From Okamejei kenojei (lineage: Eukaryota), in the NCBI GenBank assembly GCA_035221665.1, contig CM069168.1, positions 17,174,001-17,238,000 of the forward strand: a stretch of 64,000 nucleotides of DNA. The letters run 5' to 3'. The position numbers and the translations under genes are program-made. The notes under the pieces were generated by a model that saw nothing but the letters and a program-made list of their open reading frames with translations, made no database searches and was not told where the DNA came from. Below are positions 56,880 through 64,000 of the stretch, piece by piece (position 1 is the first letter of the stretch; the number at the start of each line of letters is the position of its first letter).

Positions 56880-59300
56880 CATAGAAACATAGAAACATAG
56901 AAATTAGGTCCTGCACCACCATTCAATATGATCATGGCTGATCATCCAACTCAGTATCCTGTACCTGCCTTCTCTCCATACCCCCTGATCGATTTAGCCA
57001 CAAGGGCCACATCCAACTCCCTCTTAAATATAGCCAACGAACTGGCCTCAACTACCTTCTGTGGCAGAGAATTCCACAGATTCACCACTCTCTGTGTGAA
57101 AAACGATTTTCTCATCTCAGTCCTAAAAGACTTCCCCCTTATCCTTAAAATGTGACCCCTTGTCCTGGAGTTCCCCAACATCGGGAAACAATCTTCCTGC
57201 ATCTAGCCTGTCCAACCCTTAAGAAATTTTGTAAGTCTCTGTGAGATCCCCCCTCAATCTTCTAAATTTCCAGCGAGTACAAGCCGAGTCTATCCAGTCT
57301 TTCTTCATATGGAAGTCGTGCCATCCCAGGAATCAGTCTGGTGAACCTTCTCTGTACTCCCTCTATGGCAAGAATGTCTTTCCTCAGATTAGGAGACCAA
57401 ACTGTACGCAATACCCCAGGTGTGGCCTCACCAAGACCCTGTACAAACTACAGTAGAACCTCCCTGCTCTTGTACTCAACTCCTTTTGCTATGAATGCCA
57501 ACATACCATTCGCTTTCTTCACAGCCTGCTGCACCTGCATGCCTACTTTCAATTGATTGGTGTACCATGACACCCAGGTCTCGTTGCATCTCCCCTTTTT
57601 ATAATCGGTCACCATTCAAATAATAGTCTACTTTCTGTTTTTGGCCACCAAAGTGGATATAACTTCACATTTATCCACATTATTACTGCATCTGCCCATG
57701 TATTTGCCCACTCACCCAGTCTATCCAAGTCATCCTGCAGCCTCCTAGCATCCCTCCTCACAGCTAAACACTGCCCCCCAGCTTTGTGTCATCCGCAAAC
57801 TTCGAGATGTTGAGCATTTAATTCCCTCGTCCAAATCATTAATGTATATTGTAAATAGCTGGAGTCCCAGCACTGAGCCTTGCGGCACCCCCACTAGTCA
57901 CTGCCTGCCATCCTGTAAAAGGACCCGTTCACTCCTACTCTTTGCTTCCTGTCTGCCAGCCAGTTCTCTATCCACATCAATACTGAACCACCAATACCGT
58001 GTGCTTTAAGTTTGTATACCAATCTCTTGTGGGGACCTTGTTGAAAAGCCTTCTGAAAGTCCAGATATAACACATCCACTGCTTCTCCCTTATCCACTCT
58101 ACTAGTTACATCCTCAAAAAATTCAATAAGATTTGTCAGACATGATTTATCTTTCGTAAATCCATGCTGACTTTGTCCAATGATTTCACCACTTTCCAAA
58201 TGTGCTGCTATCCCATCTTTAATAACTGACTCTAGCAGTTTCCCCACTACCGATGTTAGACTAACTGGTCTGTAATTCCCCGTTTTCTCTCTCCCTCCCT
58301 TTTTAAAAAGTGGGGTTACATTAGCTAGGCATCACTAAGGCATCTGCTATTTCTGGGGCTACTTCCTTAAGTACCCTGGGATGCAGCCTATCTGGCCCTG
58401 GGGATTTATCGGCCTTTAATCCATTCAATTTACCTAACACCACTTTCCGGCTAGCTGGATTTCATTCAGTTCCTCCATCTGATTTGACCCGCGATCCCGT
58501 TATTTCCGGCAAATTATTTATGTCTTCTTCTAAGACAGAACCAAAGTAGTTATTCAGTTGGTCTGCCATGTCCTTGTTCCCCATGATCAATTCACCCGTT
58601 TCTGACTTCAAGGGACCTACATTTGTTTTCACTAATCTTTTTCGCTTCACATATCGATAAAAACTTTTGCAGTCAGTTTTTATGTTTCCTGCCAGTTTTC
58701 TTTCATACTCCATTTTCCCTTTCCTAATTAAGCCCCTTTGTCCTCCTCTGTTGGTCTCTGAATTTCTCCCAGTCCCCTGGTAGGCTGCTTTTTCTGGCTA
58801 ATTTGTACGCTTCATCTTTTGCTTTGATACTATCCCTGATTTCCCTTGTTATCCACGGATGCGCTACCTTCCATGATTTATTCTTTTGCCATTACTGGGA
58901 TGAACAATTGTTGTAGTTCATCCATGCAGTCTTTAAATGCCTTTTTCCATTGCATATCCACCGTCAACCCTTCAAGAATCAATTGCCAGTCCATCTTGGC
59001 CAATGCACACGTCTCATACCTCAAAGTTACCTTTCTTTAAGTTCAGGACCCGTGTTTCTGTTATTAACAATGTCACTCTCCATCCTAATGAAGAACTCAA
59101 CCATATTATGGTCACTCTTGCCCAAGGGGCCACGTACAACAAGGCTGCTAACTAACCCTTCCTCATTACTCAATACCCAGTCTAGAATAGCCTGCTCTCT
59201 CGTTGGTTCCTCTACATGTTGGTTTAGAAAACTATCCCGCATACATTCCAAGAAATCCTCTTCCTCAGCACCCCTGCCAATTTGATTCACCCAATCTATA
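56880..59300 (-). mobile_element. CR1 LINE, ~2.4 kb, 5'-truncated, frameshifted
   Basis: SQHGFTKDKSCLTNL, YLDFQKAF, LGKSDHNMV motifs. Confidence 0.92.
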
Positions 59301-59899
59301 TGCATATGTGTATCTATATGCATATGTGTATCTATCTGCATATGTGTATCTATCTGTATATGTGACATTACCATTCGTTCTGGAAAGGCTGGAAAATTAA
59401 ACTGCGATTCTCTGAAACTATCTCTGACGGTTCACAGCGTGCGGTGTAGTGGCAAAATAAAAAATACATTTGCATTGCCCCGTCATAAAGTGCGTTTGTG
59501 CACACTTATATGGTTTGTGAACTTGGCCCAGACATCTCGTTCAAACTTTCCCCCTCCCACCCTAGAGCTATGCCCTCTAGTCTTTGCCATTTCCACCCAT
59601 CTACTTTATCTACACCCCTCATGATTTTATAAACTTCTCTCAGGTCTCCCTTCAGTCTCCGACGTTCCTGAGAAAACCATCCAGGTTTGTCCGACCTCTC
59701 CCTGTAGCTGGAAACCTTCAATCCAGGTTGCGTTCCGGTAAACTTCCTCTGCACCCTCTCCAAAGCCTCCGCACCCTCCCATGATGGGATGGCCAGAACT
59801 GCACGCAATACTCCGAATGCCATTCGCTATTCCCATTCCCATCCTGGTGGATAACCCAGGATAAAAGATGCACAAGGCACAGACCGACGACATCACAGG

Positions 59900-59905
59900 T
59901 TTATT
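59900..59905 (-). terminator. Probable TGOLN2 poly(A) signal AATAAA
   Basis: tttatt on +, followed on - by a GU/U-rich element (TGTGATGTCGTCGGTCTGTG). Confidence 0.55.
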
Positions 59906-59964
59906 TAATTCCATTTGGAATGATTCCGTTTCAGGGGCGATGGCCATGGGAGAGTACATGCAAC

Positions 59965-60115
59965 ATGCGACATATAACACGTGGCATGTAACGCGCGACA
60001 CGCACCGTGTATCACGCGACATGTAACACGGGCCATGTATCACGCGACACGTAACACGCACCGTGTAACACGCCACACGTAACACGCACCGTGTAACACG
60101 CCGCACGTAACACGC
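59965..60115. repeat. CpG-rich short tandem repeat (ACACGCACCGTGTAACACG-like) in the inferred TGOLN2 3'UTR
   Basis: Visible tandem copies. Confidence 0.75.
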
Positions 60116-60404
60116 TCCAGCCCCAGGTCACAGACACCATTCCTTTGTAGCAAATTACCGACATTTCCAAACGCAAGTGCAAATCAAAGCGTGCAAGGGT
60201 AACGGGGTAGATGGGAGGGGGGGGGGTGTAGGGGCTGCGAATTTCCCAAGGAGGGGGCCATAGACTCTGTTTCCCCCACCCCAGCAGGGTTGGAATGACC
60301 GCAGTCAAAGATTCAGTGGTTTCGCCCTCGGGCCCAGAGCCCATCCCTCGTACACCCCCCGCCCATACTCTTACCCCCCCAAAATCACCCCCTTGTACCC
60401 CTCC

Positions 60405-60935
60405 TAAAGACATTTGAGGAAGGACATTCTTGCTATTGAGGGAGTGCAGCGTAGGTTCACCAGGTTAATTCCCGGGATGGCGGGACTGTCATATGCTGAG
60501 AGAATGGAGCAGCTGGGCTTGTACACTCTGGAATTTGGAAGGATGAGAGGGGATCTCATTGAAACATATAAGATTATTAAGGGATTGGACACGCTAGAGG
60601 CAGAAAACATGTTCCCAATGTTGGGGGTATCCAGAACCAGGGGCCACACACAGTTTAAGGTTAAGGGGTAGGCCATTTAGAACAGAGATGAGGACAAACC
60701 ATTTCACCCAGAGTTGTGAGTTTGTGAAATTCTCTGCCTCAGAAGGCAGTGGAGGCCAATTCTCTGGATGCTTTCAAGAGAGAGTTAGATAAAGCTCTTA
60801 AAGATAGCGGAGTCAAGGGATATGGGGAGAAGGCAGAAACGGGGTACTGATTGGGGATGATCAGCCATGATCACATTGAATGGCGGTGCTGGGTCGAAGG
60901 GCCGAACGGCCTACTCCTGCACCTATTGTCTATTG
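60405..60935 (+). mobile_element. CR1 3' fragment
   Basis: RKDILAIEGVQRRFTRLIPG; tail. Confidence 0.88.
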
Positions 60936-61263
60936 CCCCCCCCACCTCCATCACCCCCTTGTACCCCTCATCCCATCACTGCTCCCCCTCCCCATCATCC
61001 TAACATAACTCTCACCCCCCCTTCTCCCCTTCAATCACCCCTCACCCACCCTCTATGACCCATCACTCCCCCCCCCCCAGCGTTCCGTGAGCAGGCAGAT
61101 CAGACGCAGAGACCCTGGGTTTAGCAGGGATGTAGCGTGGTGCGGGGGAGCGGGGGGGGGAGGGGAGAGGGGTGATGGGTCATACAGGGTGGGTGAGGGG
61201 TGATTGAAGGGGTCCGATTCCAGCGAGGCGCAGCAGGCTCCACTTCACATCCACCGATCCACT

Positions 61264-61269
61264 TCACAT
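61264..61269 (-). CDS. TGOLN2: TGOLN2 last exon coding part (M-stop); 3'UTR runs to about 59880
   Basis: Acceptor tctctggttctttgcag|ATGTGA gives one residue then stop, as expected for TGOLN2. Confidence 0.65.
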   Translation of the reverse strand: M

Positions 61270-61429
61270 CTGCAAAGAACCAGAGAGATGCGGTTAGATC
61301 CAGACTGGGGCTGGGGTAAAATCGGCAACAGCCCCTCACCAGCGCGGACTGCACTCCCATCGAGACCCCGCCATTAATCCAGAGTGTCTGTCGTACAGAA
61401 CAATGAAACAGAGCAAAGCCTAAAACTTA

Positions 61430-61965
61430 CAACAACCCAAAAAATGTCCTTGATTATAATATAATAATTGGGAAAAAAATAAATATTAAAATTTTGGAAA
61501 AACCCAACAACCCTCACAATTAAAATGTGGATTATGGAGATGTCGGAGATCTTACACTTGGAAAAAAATTAGACTTATCTTAATTGACAAACCAGAATTA
61601 TTTGCTAAAATATAGTCTCCATTTATTGATTTTCTGAAAGGGTAAACTGGTCCAGCACGGAAACTTGACTGCATCTTGAATCCAGGATTGGATGAATAGT
61701 TACACTTTATAATCTACGGACCCATCTCCAAAATTGTATTATTGGTAATTTTTTTCTTCTCTCTCTCCCCCCTTCTTTCTATCTATATTAAAAAAATAAA
61801 CAAATAGAAGCTGTGTTAATATGTAATTGATAAACGAGGACCCCAGCTATTTTGATAGCTGGAATCCCAGCTATTAACAATATGTAACTGATAAACAAAT
61901 TGTGTTTGGACTAGAATATGTATATGCTTCTAATAAAAATATATATTTTTAAAATTAAAAAAAAG
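61430..61965 (+). mobile_element. L1/Tx1-clade 3' fragment with A-tail
   Basis: Decayed ORF2 end (ILKFWKNPT...MWIMEMSEILHLEK) similar in style to 1056-1840. Confidence 0.55.
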
Positions 61966-62598
61966 AACAGTGAAACACTGACTTACATCAGCACTGCAGG
62001 CCGATAAGCACAGTCAGTTATTTAGTTTATTGTGGGCCGAATGGCCCGTTTCTGTGCTGTACTGTTGTGTGTTCTATGTTCTATGTTCCTCTTTCCCCCT
62101 GAAATGTTTTGGCATTAGATGCATTTCTATCATATATCACCATCTTATGAATCAACTTTGAGAGCACCGCAACTCATTCAATAAAATTAAATCCTCCTTG
62201 CCTTTAAATCCTCCTTAGTTTAGTTTAGAGATACAGCGGAAACAGGCCCTCCGGCCCGCACCGACCAGCGATCCCCGCACACTAACTCTACCCTTCACAC
62301 ACTGGGGACAATTTACATTTATACCAAGCCAATTAACCTGCAAACCTGCTCGCCTGTTGAGTGCGGGAGGAAACCGAAGATCTGGGAGAAAACCCACGCA
62401 GGTCACGGGGAGAACGGACAAACTCTACTTATAATAAGAAAGAGAGGGGGGAGGGAGAGAGAGTAGTAGAGGGAGAGGGGGAAGGAGAGAGAGGGGAGAG
62501 CTCGAGGAGTACGACTCGGAGGGGGAGAGAGGGGGAGGACGAGAGTAGTAGAGAGTGAGAGAGGAGGGAGCGCAGAGGGAGAGGTTTGAGACACCAAC

Positions 62599-62682
62599 CT
62601 TCTGGTCCAGCTGCTGATAGTCGGTGGTCTTTGGCCGTCGAGAGGCCTTTGATCTCCGTCCCTCGACAACAACTGCAATAAT
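62599..62682 (-). CDS. TGOLN2: TGOLN2 (TGN38/TGN46) penultimate exon, cytoplasmic tail; gene continues beyond the window
   Basis: IIAVVVEGRRSKASRRPKTTDYQQLDQK versus human [28 protein letters not shown]; ctctgttacag acceptor and AAG|GTTGGT donor. Confidence 0.88.
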
Positions 62683-63629
62683 CTGTAACAGAGAGGGAGA
62701 GATAACTGGGAATCCACACCCTGCGCCCAGCGTGAACACCTCCCAGGTGATGGACACACGTTCCCTCTCCAGCCCCGACATGTACGCAGACTCACTAAAC
62801 ACCCGCGGTGAAACAGTGACCCCTTACCCCCGGCAACTTACTACCGCACGGCACACACATTGAATTTGTAAATCCTCCTTCTCTTCCCTGTCCCGCACCC
62901 GGGCATCCCATTCCCCCCTCCCTTTCCCCCTTCTCCAATCCCATTCCCCCCTCCCCTCCACATTCTCTTTTCCCCCATCCTTTAGAAGTTTGATAAAAGC
63001 ACACCTCCAGATTCAGGGACAGTTTCTTCCCAGCTGTTATCAGGCAACTGAACCATCCTATTAACACCCAGAGAGCAGTGCTGAACTACTAGCTACCTCT
63101 TTGGTGACCCTCGGACGAACGCTGACTTTCTCCAGCATTTTTGTCTGCCTCAGACTATCCTTGATCGGACTTTGCTGGCTTTACCTTGCACTAAACGTCA
63201 TTCCCTTAACATGTAAACGGACAGCACGAACAAAAGCTTTTCACTGTACCTCAGTACACGTGACAATACACTAAACCTTGCCCCTCACTCACTGAAGACA
63301 GACACAAAAATGCTGGAGCAACTCAGCGGGACAGGCAGCATCTCTGGAGAGAAGGAACGGGTGGCGTTTCTGGTCGAGACATCTTCTTCAGACTGAGAGT
63401 CAGGGGAGAGAGAGTTGGATAGAGGGGCTAGTGGAGTTAGGGGATATGGGGAGAAGGCAGGCACGGGTTATTGATAGCGGACGATCAGCCATGATCACAA
63501 TGAATGACGGTGCTGGCTCGAAGGGCCGAATGGCCTCCTCCTGCACATATTTTAATTGTTTCTATGAGAGGAAGACCAGAGACTATTCACGGAAGGGTAA
63601 AAGTGTCGTATGAAAGGATCAGATTAATT

Positions 63630-63875
63630 GGGCCTGTCCCACTCTGGCCATTTTCACCGGCGACTGCACCCGGGTCATTGACTGACGTGTCAGGTCACCG
63701 AGAAATTAGTAGCTTGCCGACGCGTATTGACCCGCGCGGTGGTTTTTTTCAAGTGTCGCCCCACATTTTTATTTGTCGCCGCTGGGTTTTGAATGTTCGA
63801 ATTCTTTTGGCGACACTGATATGACGACGGCATTCGCCGAAAATCTAAAAAATCGGCACAAAGTGGGACGGGCCC
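63630..63875. mobile_element. MITE related to 26703-26936
   Basis: TIRs GGGCCTGTCCCACT / AGTGGGACGGGCCC. Confidence 0.7.
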
Positions 63876-64000
63876 TTACACCACTCTTAGACCACGCATC
63901 CGCTCGATGAACGATCTCCTCTCATCGCTTGATTGTTAGCTGCAGGGGTTAGGAGCCACATAATCAGTAAACCACTAAATCAGGACAGTGATCGACTGCT

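Noticed and set aside
43075-59300. Active CR1 elements or a domesticated reverse transcriptase
   Set aside because: All copies are 5'-truncated and broken by frameshifts and stops (some indels may be sequencing errors)

Overview
Eukaryotic, vertebrate genomic DNA. The repeat content (CR1 LINEs with (TTCTATGT)n tails, HE1-type tRNA SINEs, Penelope-derived repeats) points to a cartilaginous fish, probably a skate or ray (inference). I assembled three protein-coding genes by hand from splice sites and translation. (1) A complete CCAR2/DBC1 on + with 22 coding exons, 12010-42064, about 1045 aa; it retains a SAP domain and needs one non-canonical GC donor. (2) A four-exon, short-prodomain caspase on + (50780-55751, 255 aa) with SHG/QACRG but no S1-pocket Arg341, matching caspase-17. 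(3) The last two exons and 3'UTR of TGOLN2 (TGN38/46) on -. An unexplained TATA/CCAAT-driven minus-strand unit at about 2.6-4.4 kb reads through a ~450-bp inverted duplication. The rest is mostly CR1, L2 and L1 fragments, SINEs, hAT and Harbinger-like MITEs, minisatellites and many Penelope-like 3' fragments carrying minimal hammerhead ribozyme cores. One intact core sits at the tip of a ~65-bp hairpin just upstream of a CCAR2 acceptor. Most ORFs in the supplied track are spurious. Identifications rest on my recall of the protein families; no database searches were run.
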